Origin: Octopus bimaculoides
Taxonomy: Eukaryota
Direction of reading: 5' to 3'
Assembly (NCBI RefSeq): GCF_001194135.2
Contig: NC_068986.1
Coordinates: 87,698,620-87,745,602, forward strand
Length of the DNA stretch: 46,983 nt
Each line of letters opens with the position of its first letter. Within the stretch, counting starts at the first letter, position 1. A program made the position numbers and the translations under genes. Positions 1 through 11,187 of the stretch are shown here, piece after piece. Under the pieces are notes generated by a model. It did no database searches and was not told where the DNA came from. It saw nothing but the letters and a program-made list of their open reading frames with translations.

Positions 1-185
1 ATATGTTTTACATATTATTGATCTAATTGATCTCCCTGGTTTTTCTATAACATTTATCCTCAACTTGGTACTTTTGAGGATTTTTCGAAATCTGCGGGCC
101 AGTTCTCCGTGTGGCGTGGCGTCCACAAACATTACTCCCTGGAACTTGTCGGTATTGTACCACGTGGTGTTTTTGTTTGTTTTGT
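1..185 (-). mobile_element. Penelope-like element (PLE) ORF remnant, linker upstream of the GIY-YIG domain
   Basis: Minus-strand translation WYNTDKFQGVMFVDATPHGELARRFRKILKSTKLRINVIE, then after a 1-nt frameshift KPGRSIRSIICK. This resembles the PLE pattern W....S.+FVP.TP..EL......IKVVE..G.SL..+L. Runs off the window start. Confidence 0.6.
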
Positions 186-487
186 CATATATATATATAT
201 ATTTATTTATATGCGAGAAAGAAAAATGAAAATTCATGAGTTTGTTTATTAATGACTCCGATCGTTTCGATTTATCCTTCATCGAATTCTCGCGGTTGTG
301 ATTCTGGACAACTGGCTGTGGTGCATTCTTTCGATGCAGTCTAACCCCTCGGCGACTTTTGAAATCTCGATCACTAAAATCAGTTTTCTTTCGTTCGATT
401 ATAATGCATTTCGCTATATTGCTTGTTGCTAGCTATCAGGGTTTCGTAGTTTGGAACACATATATGCATATCTATAGATATATATGA

Positions 488-725
488 AAGAGACATTCTG
501 TCTGTATGTCTGCTTGGCCCACAAAATGAAACGAAAACCAGACACCATCTCTATGATTTTCTTTCTATGTCTCCTCTAGTATTCTCTCCCCCTCTCTATA
601 TTATCTGTCTGTCTGCCGTCTGTCTCTGCTATGCTACTTCAAAGAGATTCTGTCTCTTTGTTCCGCAAAGTGAAACTAAAACCAGACACCCTCTCTCTAT
701 GATTTTCTTTCTTCTCTATCTGTCT
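488..725. repeat. Diverged local direct duplication (about 90 bp, two copies)
   Basis: 488-575 and 641-725 share aaagaga-attctgtct...gaaac.aaaaccagacacc..ctctatgatttt. Confidence 0.7.
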
Positions 726-899
726 ATTTTCCCTCTCTTTCTTTCTCTCTTTCCCTTTCCCTCACTAAAAGAATACACACACACACACACACATCAAACG
801 TTATATTTCTCTGTCAAAATACCCTAGCGAGAATAAAAGAACACATACCTATATATATATATATATTCGTGTTTTAGATATTTAATACTATGAGTATCC

Positions 900-1360
900 T
901 CTCTTACTGTCTGTCCGTCTGTCTGTCGCTCTCTCTTTCTGTATCTCTATCTGTCTTACACTTTGTATCTCTTTATCTGTCTATCTCTATCCGGGTATTT
1001 TCTCTCTCGTTCTTTCTCTTTCTTTCTCTCTCTCTTCCTTTCTCCCTTTTTTCTTTCTCTCCTCCTTTCTCTTTCTTTCTTCCTTTCTCTTTCTTTTTTC
1101 CTTTCTCCCTTTCTTTATCTCTCTCTTTTTCTTTCTTCTTTCTATGTTTCCTTCGTCGTTCTCTCTTTGTCTTTGTTTCTCTCTCTTTCCCTTTCTCTTT
1201 TTTATGTCTCTCTCTTTCCGTCGTCTATCGCTATCTCTTCCTGTTTCTCTTTGTTTCCATTTTACTCTTTTTCGTTTGCTCTCACTCTCTCTCTCTCTCT
1301 CTCTCTTCCTGTCTCTTTTTCTCCATCTGTCTCTTTCTCTTCTGTCTCTCTCTTTCTGTC
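900..1360. repeat. CT-rich low-complexity / degenerate (CT)n tract
   Basis: Nearly pure pyrimidine on the + strand; source of the spurious L/S/F-rich ORFs. Confidence 0.95.
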
Positions 1361-1363
1361 ACC

Positions 1364-1787
1364 TTTCCTAATCTGCTTCATAATTACAACAATAGAGATT
1401 TCATCGGCGACAGAGCTATCCTGGCTCCAAAAAATGTTCCTCTACATACCATTAATAATATACTATTAAAAAAGCTTCCAGAAGTCTTCACTTATAACTC
1501 AACTGACAGTGTTTCTCTTGACCAGGGTAGTGTGAACTGCCCCATCGACTTCTTTGACTCACTACAACCATCAGGTAGAGTTCCTTATTGTTTTCAGTTG
1601 TAAAAAGGGACTCCTATAATGCTATTACATATTTTATCGCAACCAAAATTATGCAATGGCACAAGGTATTTGCGCACAAAATTTATTGACCTAAACATTC
1701 TCACTGCTTGTAGTAAAGGCTTATGTACATCAAAATAGAACGAAAAGCATTGTTCATAAAGAAATATTCATTCTTAATGCAACATGA
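1364..1787 (+). mobile_element. Helitron RepHel PIF1-like helicase C-terminal remnant (pseudogenic, internally deleted)
   Basis: FPNLLHNYNNRDFIGDRAILAPKN..INN.LLKKLP..TYNSTD..VNCPIDFFDSLQPSG.VPY.FQL*KGTPIMLL.ILSQPKLCNGTR, then QNRTKSIVHKEIF. These match Helitron helicase motifs RAILAPKN, PIEFLNSL.P.G.PPH.L.LK.G.PIMLLRN.....LCNGTRL and the terminal KTKNIVY. Stop at 1601-1603. Confidence 0.9.
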
Positions 1788-1934
1788 ATTCTTAAATAAC
1801 TTCATTTACTATTACAATCATTACATTCAAGGATGAATAAATTATTTTACATTCTCGTAAGACACAAAATTTCAAATTCGGCAGTGATATGAATAATTCG
1901 CAGCATTCGTGTTCGAATACACAGATTGCAGCTT

Positions 1935-1985
1935 ACATGCATGCATACGTATATTTACTAATACATACATACGTACATACATACA

Positions 1986-2021
<36 letters not shown>

Positions 2022-2182
2022 TACACATATATACATACATAATACATATATACATACATACATACATGCATGCATACATACATACATACATACATACATG
2101 CATGCATACATACATACATACATACATACATACATACATACATACATACATACATACATACATACATACATACATACATACT
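1935..2182. repeat. (TACA)n tetranucleotide microsatellite
   Basis: Direct reading. Confidence 0.97.
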
Positions 2183-3284
2183 TACATATTTGAATATCTA
2201 TTTATATATTCCTACATTTTTGTTGCCGATTTTTTTTTCACTAAATCTACTGTCGTATAATTATGGATAAGTGCTGATGTAACGACAATTATTCGGACCC
2301 GTAAGCTTTTTGCAGGTACCATATTCGAAAACAAGTTAATAGAGGCCATTTCCTATACCGTCTTTGTAGCAATTTCGTTTTCATTTCTTTATGTCCTAAT
2401 GCAATTTTAAGGAAGATCACGAAGGCCTCAATACTGGATTTCCTGGTTCTGTGTAAATAATTGAAAATAGCCAAGTTTAATTAAGGACCAACTTGGTTGC
2501 TTTTCGTGAGTCAATATATATTTCAACACTGAGCATCAGTAAGGTCTTCACAAAGCTTCCAATACTTGGAAAGTTGAGACTTTTCTTCATTCTATACTGA
2601 AATGAGTAGAAATAGATACGAATTTATCAAGTTACATTTTTACTCAGTAAATACTTCAGTTCGTATATTGTCATCAGTTTGATTTCATTCTTCTCTCTTT
2701 TACATTGTGCAATAGATTTTCGTTCTCCTGGACTTCTCTATTGCATCAGTAAGAATATACATATTTACACTTTTGTATCAACAGCGACCACTTGTCCCAT
2801 GTGGTCAAACGCTACAATACATTTTTCTATCGTATAATAGATATCTTCTAAATCGCGATTAATGTGTTTGTATTTGTGTGTGTAGATAGCTATATATATA
2901 TATATATATATATNNNNNNNNNNNNNNNNNNNNNNNNNNNNNNNNNNNNNNNNNNNNNNNNNNNNNNNNNNNNNNNNNNNNNNNNNNNNNNNNNNNNNNN
3001 NNNNNNNNNNNNNNNNNNNNNNNNNNNNNNNNNNNNNNNNNNNNNNNNNNNNNNNNNNNNNNNNNNNNNNNNNNNNNNNNNNNNNNNNNNNNNNNNNNNN
3101 NNNNNNNNNNNNNNNNNNNNNNNNNNNNNNNNNNNNNNNNNNNNNNNNNNNNNNNNNNNNNNNNNNNNNNNNNNNNNNNNNNNNNNNNNNNNNNNNNNNN
3201 NNNNNNNNNNNNNNNNNNNNNNNNNNNNNNNNNNNNNNNNNNNNNNNNNNNNNNNNNNNNNNNNNNNNNNNNNNNNNNNNNNNN

Positions 3285-3335
<51 letters not shown>

Positions 3336-4540
3336 GTATGTATATATACACACACACTCGCACAGTCTATATTTTCCAAGTGTACAGGTTTATATATGTT
3401 CATGAAATACAATTTTTTTTTCTGGAAGTTAATCTTCTGAATTACATTCATATTGTTGATATATCTATATCGATCACTTCTCTACATCAGAAACTATACA
3501 GCTTCTTTCGATTATACATCATGCTTATGATGCGAATAAATTTTGCTTTTCCCTCAAGTCGACTTAGCCATTTTTACTGAAATTGAGAAGTTGGAAACTA
3601 ATGCAGAAACCTGGCTCCTCTTCTTGTATGAACACTTAATTTGCCACCCTGCTAATCCTCACCAATTGTCTCTCTCGTGTATTAGCGGGTACAGTCGCTT
3701 GTGATATATCCGATACAGTTCTCTTCCCTGGGGATATTATTATGCCTTACTTCCAATATTACTGACGGGCCAAAGAAATTTTGGGCATAATGCTCTACCC
3801 CTTTGTACATATGATAAAAATATATCAGGCGATATTTGATTTGATTTAAACGAAGTTCGTTAACTTTATAAATAATTTCAGCGTAATTAACTGCTTCAAA
3901 CCTTTATCTTCGAGAAAGTGTATTTAGAGAAAGTTATGTTTGGTCAATCAATACCAAAAGGAGAATTATGAGAAAACTGTACTACAATCATGTGAATATA
4001 CTGACCTTGAGTGGATGTGACAAATAAAGAGCCCGTGAGATAATTAATTAGCGCAGAAGTCTCTAACCATAATTATGTTATACGAGTGCCTCCTATTAGT
4101 ATACAAAGTAGTCGTAGCAAGGCTGAAGACTTTGTTTTCAAATGGAGAATTGTGATTTGTCTATTTAGTGGAATCTATGAATTTCTCTAATGAAACTGCG
4201 GGGAGAAATAAACTCAACATTGCAAACTAATAAAACCCTCGTCAAATTTACAATTCTACCGCCGAAGAACTATTTCATTCAGTGGCACCTAATTAGAACG
4301 ATGTGAAATGGAGTGTTAATAGTAAAATATAAAATATCTTGGCTTCGAACACATCGTTGTTACGAGGACAAATTCGAACCACTGGATTTTCGATTGAAGA
4401 CTACTTCGCTATCGACAGCAGTATTATGAACAATTGCAAATACACAAATCGGACGCACTCAAATGAATATACACAGATCTTTAAACAAACAGATTTATGA
4501 ATAGACACGCATCCACACACTCATACATGATATATATACT

Positions 4541-4860
4541 GGAACTCCATCGCTTATGACGACGAGGGTTCTTGCAGATCAGATGAAAGGAACAGCCTGT
4601 TCGTGAAAATTAACGCGCAAGTAGCTGAGCACACCACAGACACGTGTACAATTAAAGTAGTTCTCAGGGAGATTCAGCGTGAGACAGAATGTCACAACGC
4701 TGGGCCTCTGAAATATAGTTACAACTCATTTTTGCCCGCTGATTTGACTAAGGCAACGTTAAATAAAGGGTCTTGTTCAAGGACACAACATGCCACCGGG
4801 TTTCGAACTCACAAACCTACAATCGTGAAACCAGTAAACTAACCGCTAAGCCACGCGCCT
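4541..4860 (-). mobile_element. tRNA-derived SINE with a CORE-like GTGTCCTTGAACAAGAC module
   Basis: Minus strand begins ggcgcgtggcttagcggttag (A box) and gagttcgaaacccgg (B box), then gtgtccttgaacaagac. About 185 bp of the 3' part is shared with the element at 34738-35077. Confidence 0.85.
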
Positions 4861-4903
4861 TTGCCATACAATATACATGCATACACACATAATATATATG
4901 TGT

Positions 4904-5000
<97 letters not shown>

Positions 5001-5302
5001 TACATATACACATGTATGCATATACATATGTATATCCACGTACATATATATAGACGAGTATGCACATTTGCCTATATATCCATACATATATNNNNNNNNN
5101 NNNNNNNNNNNNNNNNNNNNNNNNNNNNNNNNNNNNNNNNNNNNNNNNNNNNNNNNNNNNNNNNNNNNNNNNNNNNNNNNNNNNNNNNNNNNNNNNNNNN
5201 NNNNNNNNNNNNNNNNNNNNNNNNNNNNNNNNNNNNNNNNNNNNNNNNNNNNNNNNNNNNNNNNNNNNNNNNNNNNNNNNNNNNNNNNNNNNNNNNNNNN
5301 NN

Positions 5303-5345
<43 letters not shown>

Positions 5346-5978
5346 CATACATACATACATACATACATACATAAATACATGCATACATATATTACACAAC
5401 ATATACACTCACACGTATTACACTTGTCCCAATCAGCGGAGTAGCCATTTTTCACATGAGTTGAAACAGTTATAATGATTCGGGAACATTTATCAGCGTA
5501 AAGAGAGAACGAGTTTGATTTGCTTTGGCAAAAACAATCAAGATTATCAAGAAAGTATCTCTGGAGATTATATCACTGTCCAACGTTACATTAGAACATT
5601 GCTTCTCACAGAGTCAGTCCTATCATTTGAACCCTCTAGAGGAGTTTATAAGCAAATTGCTATTCATTTGTAACCGTCACTAATCAAAAATGTGTCCAGA
5701 ACTTAGTACAATCTTTCAGCGAATTACATTGAATCTTAAAACAACGACATGTCAAGTAACAATATAAGTTTGGAATGTATCTATGTATGTATGTATGTAT
5801 GTAGGCAGATATTACAACCTCACACTCTTACATGCGTGTACATATCGACATACATAGCTACATATATGAATGTGTTTACGGGAAACAAACATACACTTAT
5901 AGAATACCAAATATAAATCTGCATGTGTCTATATAACCAATAAACGATTGATTAATATCCTAAATATACAAATACACA

Positions 5979-6028
<50 letters not shown>

Positions 6029-6319
6029 CACACGCACGCACATGGTAGCTGAATGAGAGTGTATATATGAAAAAAAGGCAAACAGACACTGAGACAGACA
6101 CATCAACAGTGACAGAAGCAAATTGTGAACACCCAATTAGTCGTCATAAATTTAAATAATTATCAAAATGATATCAAGGCCATGAATTGAGTACTATCTC
6201 TTGTTTCATTTAGAAGTGGAAGCATTTCTGCTTGTACTCTCTGTCTGTCTGGCTCTCTCTCTCTCTCTCTCTCTCAGTATGTATGTACTTACGTACGTAC
6301 GTATGTATGTAGGTATGTA

Positions 6320-6878
6320 TGTCTGATGAAAGCGTTCAAGGACCCTTACTTGACGTTTGTACAGAGTCTATGTCTCACATGAGTAGAGGAGCGATGTCAG
6401 TACACATGCACGGTACACAGCAACTTTTGTTTGCCTTGCGATGCCATGCTGGGACCAGACACGAGACTGAAGAGACCGGAAGAAATTAGTTGCTCTCTGC
6501 AACCTGAAAGATATTTCCTCATCCAAGGAGCAAGAACGGCTGAGTGTGCAACCCAGGTAGACAAACTTGTCAACTACCTTCAGAATTGTTCCTTTAACCA
6601 AGATAGCTGGTTTCACATATGGATTTCCTGGTGCAGGCTGGAACATTACAACAGTCTTGTCCAGGCTAATGCTGAGTCCAAATGCCTTGCAAGAAGCAGA
6701 AATGCAATTCATGAGTATTTGCATGTCATCCACTGTATGAGTGACTAAGTCACAGTCATCTGCATAAAGGAGGTCACGAATAATAGACAGGAGAACCTTT
6801 GAATTGGCAGTAAATTGGCGAAGATTAAAGAGGCGGCCAGACAGAAGATCGATATCTGACATATATTCCCAGAGAGCT
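6320..6878 (-). mobile_element. RTE-clade LINE, reverse transcriptase segment (inverted 5' part of a 5'-inverted copy)
   Basis: GRLFNL...RDLLYADDC (YADD catalytic motif)...FGLSISLDKT.VM...FVYLGCTLS...LLYSCET*TLYKRQVRVLERFHQ; W-to-stop at 6368-6370. Confidence 0.95.
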
Positions 6879-7210
6879 AACATTCTCAATGTTGGCTGGA
6901 CCTAAAAAATTCCAGACACAAAAGTCCTGAGGACAGCTGATATCTTGAGTATTGAGGCAATGGTGCACAAGCACCGGTTACGTTGGACTGGACACCTTAT
7001 TAGAATGAAGGATAGCAGGATTCCTAAGCAGATGCTATATGGAGAACTTGTGAATGGAAGGAGACTCTGGCAGAAACCAAGACTGCGATTTAAGGACTGT
7101 GTCAAGTCCTCATTAAAGGCCTGTGGTATGCAGGACACTGACTGGGGGAACAATGCCTGTCATCACCACAGATGGAGGAAGCAGGTTAAGGAGGGGATCG
7201 ACACTTTTGA
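6879..7210 (+). mobile_element. RTE-clade LINE, C-terminal segment (non-inverted part of the same copy)
   Basis: NILNVGWT*KIPDTKVLR..SIEAMVHKHRLRWTGHLIRMKDSRIPKQMLYGEL..KPRLRFKDCVKSSLK..WRKQVKEGIDTFE; runs into (GA)n and an N gap. Confidence 0.95.
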
Positions 7211-7565
7211 GAGAGAGAGAGAGAGAGAGAGAGNNNNNNNNNNNNNNNNNNNNNNNNNNNNNNNNNNNNNNNNNNNNNNNNNNNNNNNNNNNNNNNNNNN
7301 NNNNNNNNNNNNNNNNNNNNNNNNNNNNNNNNNNNNNNNNNNNNNNNNNNNNNNNNNNNNNNNNNNNNNNNNNNNNNNNNNNNNNNNNNNNNNNNNNNNN
7401 NNNNNNNNNNNNNNNNNNNNNNNNNNNNNNNNNNNNNNNNNNNNNNNNNNNNNNNNNNNNNNNNNNNNNNNNNNNNNNNNNNNNNNNNNNNNNNNNNNNN
7501 NNNNNNNNNNNNNNNNNNNNNNNNNNNNNNNNNNNNNNNNNNNNNNNNNNNNNNNNNNNNNNNNN

Positions 7566-7615
<50 letters not shown>

Positions 7616-8427
7616 ACATAAAGTAAATCAGGTGAAAGATGGATATATTCATTTCGTCACTTGATATTCATATGATGACGTCCGTTTCGCAGCCGACATC
7701 ATGCACAAATAATTCATTTTACTGTATAAATATAAAATCCGTTTGCAGAAATCTAAAGATGGTCGCTTTTCAATCGTACGATAAGAAAGAACAGTGAAAT
7801 CTGTCTCAAATAACACCATACTGTGTCTAAAAGAGAAGGAAGCATTATATATAGAATCCTAGACATGCCAGAAACACAGAATTGACAGAGTCTATCGAGC
7901 GTCAGGTGAAATACGTTGCGTATTCATTCTGAAATTCTGTGAGATCAACTATTCAGAGTTGATAAAAAATTTTTTAAAAAAGCGACTAAGTCGGAGTAAC
8001 TTTCAAGCCGAGTTGCGAAATCGTCTGATGAGAATGCTCAGAGTATCAATACCGGCTGTTTGCGTCCAAGCATTAAATATCTATGGCGAGGTGTGAACAG
8101 AATATCATGTATAGACGACTGGCAATCTACTGCAAATAAGTCAAAAACACAGTGTTGAGACCTGAAATTTGGAAGAGAAATCTCTCCGATGAAGATTCTT
8201 TAACGTGTAGAATAGAGACGACAGAAAACAAAAGCCCGAAAAAAAAAAAGAAAAAAGAAAAGATAGGTGTATATGGCTATATGGTTACGAAGCTCATTTC
8301 TTTTAACCAATTGAGTCTTTTCGAGTTCAGTACCGCTGAACAGCATTTACGCAAGTATCTTCTCTATAGCTCCTGACCGACTAATGCCTTTTGAGTAAAT
8401 TTGGTTGGCAGAAGCAGTGTGCGAACA

Positions 8428-8667
8428 TGTCGAGCTGCGAGCTGGCAGAAACGATAGCACGGGCGAAATGCTTAGCGGTATTTTGTCTGTCTTTACGTTC
8501 TGAGTTCAAATTCCGCCGAGGTCGACTTTGCCTTTCATCCTTTCGGGGTCGATAAATTAAATACCAGTTACGCACTGGGTCGATGTAATCAACTTAACCC
8601 CTTTGTCTGTCCTTGTTTGTCCCCTCTATGTTTAGCCCCTTGTGGGCAATAAAGAAATAAAGAAATA
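8428..8667 (+). mobile_element. Full-length tRNA-derived Nin/Deu-domain SINE with an 18-bp target-site duplication
   Basis: gagctggcagaa head, gagttcaaattcc B box, Nin-like core gcctttcatcctttcggggtcgataaattaa.taccag, A-rich tail aaagaaataa. Exact direct repeat agaagcagtgtgcgaaca at 8410-8427 and 8668-8685. Confidence 0.93.
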
Positions 8668-8697
8668 AGAAGCAGTGTGCGAACAAGTCATATGTGC

Positions 8698-8745
<48 letters not shown>

Positions 8746-8799
8746 TTGCACACACACACACACACAAACAGACACACACACATATCTAATGTATATATA

Positions 8800-10207
8800 T
8801 ACAGTGACAAACATGTGAAAGTGGAGACAGAAATATGACATCATATACCAAAATACATAAAATTAAACATTCAAATGGTAAATAAGCCATTTGCTGGATA
8901 ATAACTGGGAGCAAATATGTGTGCATATGTGTGTATGTATGTGTGCATATGTGTGTATGTATGTATGTGTGTGTGTGTGTGTATCAATGTCTTTCTGTTT
9001 TTACCTAAGATCGCATGACAACCGGTGTTGGTTTGTTTAAGTATTCGTAAGCTAGCAGTCAGTTGGACAAAACAACAAAAACAAAAACACCATGGGTTAA
9101 GTATATGCACAAAAGCTAAATCCTGGGGTCGATTTGTGCGACTGAAGCCTTCAACACGGTACCCAAAGCACGCCTCGCAGTCCAATTTGACTGAAGCATG
9201 TAAAAAATAAAAGGAAAAGATAGAAAGTTCAATGCGCTTTCTTTAAGTTGCTGAGAACTCGGGTTGAACGTAGAACAAACAAAATTTAGAACCACAACAA
9301 TGAAGCTAAGAAAATTCACATCATGAATACACAGAGGCGAATAAGTAAGAAACGTTAAATCTAGAGGGGATGTTTTTCAAATCTTGTTGACGTATCTCAG
9401 TATTTTGAATCCAGGGTGGAGGATATTAGGAATATTAGTGATGTGTTTATGCTTGTTACTTAATTGTATACATTAAAAGCAAGGACGCGTGTACTTATGA
9501 AGTACTTAGTCGTACACAACATGTATGATATAGACGTCATACCTATGTATGCATGTATGCGTATACATGTATGCGTAAACATGTAGGTATGCGTATTATG
9601 TCTCTACGAGTGTGCATATATTTCTGTGCACAGTTGTGCTAAAATGAATTACTTCATCAATTCAATAGAACAGAGAGAATTAAATAGAGACCTCCATACC
9701 TATTTAAGTATATCCATCTATCCCACACATACACATGAAAACGAAAAGAACAAAGAATGCACATAAAAAATATAACAAAAATACACACACACATACACAC
9801 ACACACACATACACACACACACACATACACACACACACACATACACACACACACATACACACACACACACATAAGCATGCGTTCATCTATGCATTCGTAC
9901 ATAGATTCGTATATATATTTGAGCGTGTGTATGTGTGCCTGTGTAGATATATGCGTATATGCAAAGTACAAATAAGCCTTCAAGGATACATTTTTGCACA
10001 TTATATCTAACAATTTCCTTTATGACATGCATACACATGAATATAGCTTATATACATACGTATGTACGTAATGCACACACACATATACACACATATATGC
10101 ATATATATATATATATATACATGTATATATGTGAGTATATATATATATATATACATACGCATATACAAATACATATACTTGTACACACATACACACACAC
10201 GCATCTA

Positions 10208-10238
<31 letters not shown>

Positions 10239-10432
10239 CGTGTGTGTGTGTGTGCGTGTGTGTGTGTGCGTGTGTGTGTGTGTGTGTGTCTGTGTGTGTG
10301 TGTGTGTGTGTGTACAGTGACAAACATCTGAAGATGGAGACAAAAATATAACATCATATACCAAAATACATAAAATTAAACATTCAAATGGTAAATAAGC
10401 CATTTGCTGGATAAAAAACTAGGAACAAATAT
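8800..10432. repeat. Dispersed direct duplication: 8800-8918 and 10313-10432
   Basis: 101-bp core tacagtgacaaacat...gccatttgctggata with 5 mismatches by eye; both copies are preceded by (CA)n-atctaat-(TA)n. Confidence 0.9.
9010..9212 (+). mobile_element. 3' half of a cephalopod-type SINE (degenerate)
   Basis: caaccggtgttgg...tcctggggtcgatttg.gcgact...cgcagtccaatttgactgaagcatgtaaaaaataaaa; resembles the tail of a SINE family I recall from octopus DNA. Confidence 0.55.
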
Positions 10433-10491
10433 TTGTTCATTTATAGCTCAAGAATTGCACAACAAATGCGTATATAGAAACNNNNNNNNNN

Positions 10492-10584
<93 letters not shown>

Positions 10585-10617
10585 TAGATTGATAGATAGA
10601 TAGATAGATAGATAGAC

Positions 10618-10649
<32 letters not shown>

Positions 10650-10926
10650 GGACTTATAGCTATAGCTATATATATATATACACGCACACGCAAACACACA
10701 TGTAAATATATATATAATATATACATATATGAACGTCTGTATGCATATACATATATATATTCTAGAATTTGGGAAAAAAAGATATGTATTTGATTTGTTC
10801 CTGCTATATGTATACACATACGTTTTTGTGTGTATATATGTATGAATTTGAATATATATATATTTATAAAGGTATAAAAGGTATTAGATACATTTACATG
10901 CATTCATATTTGTGCCTCTGTGTGTC

Positions 10927-11003
<77 letters not shown>

Positions 11004-11134
11004 GTGTGTGTGTGGGTGTATGTATATATATGTATATGTATATATGTATCTATATATGTATATATGTGTGTGCGTGTGTGTGTGTTTGCATATATATATA
11101 TTTATATATACATACACATACACGGAAATATATG

Positions 11135-11187
<53 letters not shown>

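Noticed and set aside
255-400. Zinc-finger-like DRDFKSRRGVRLHR on the minus strand, possibly the 5' part of a retroelement
   Set aside because: Cysteines are absent and the match is too short to support a call.
890-1603. 237-aa ORF as a membrane-protein gene
   Set aside because: The N-terminal two thirds is CT low complexity; only the last 80 or so residues are a Helitron helicase remnant, followed by a stop.
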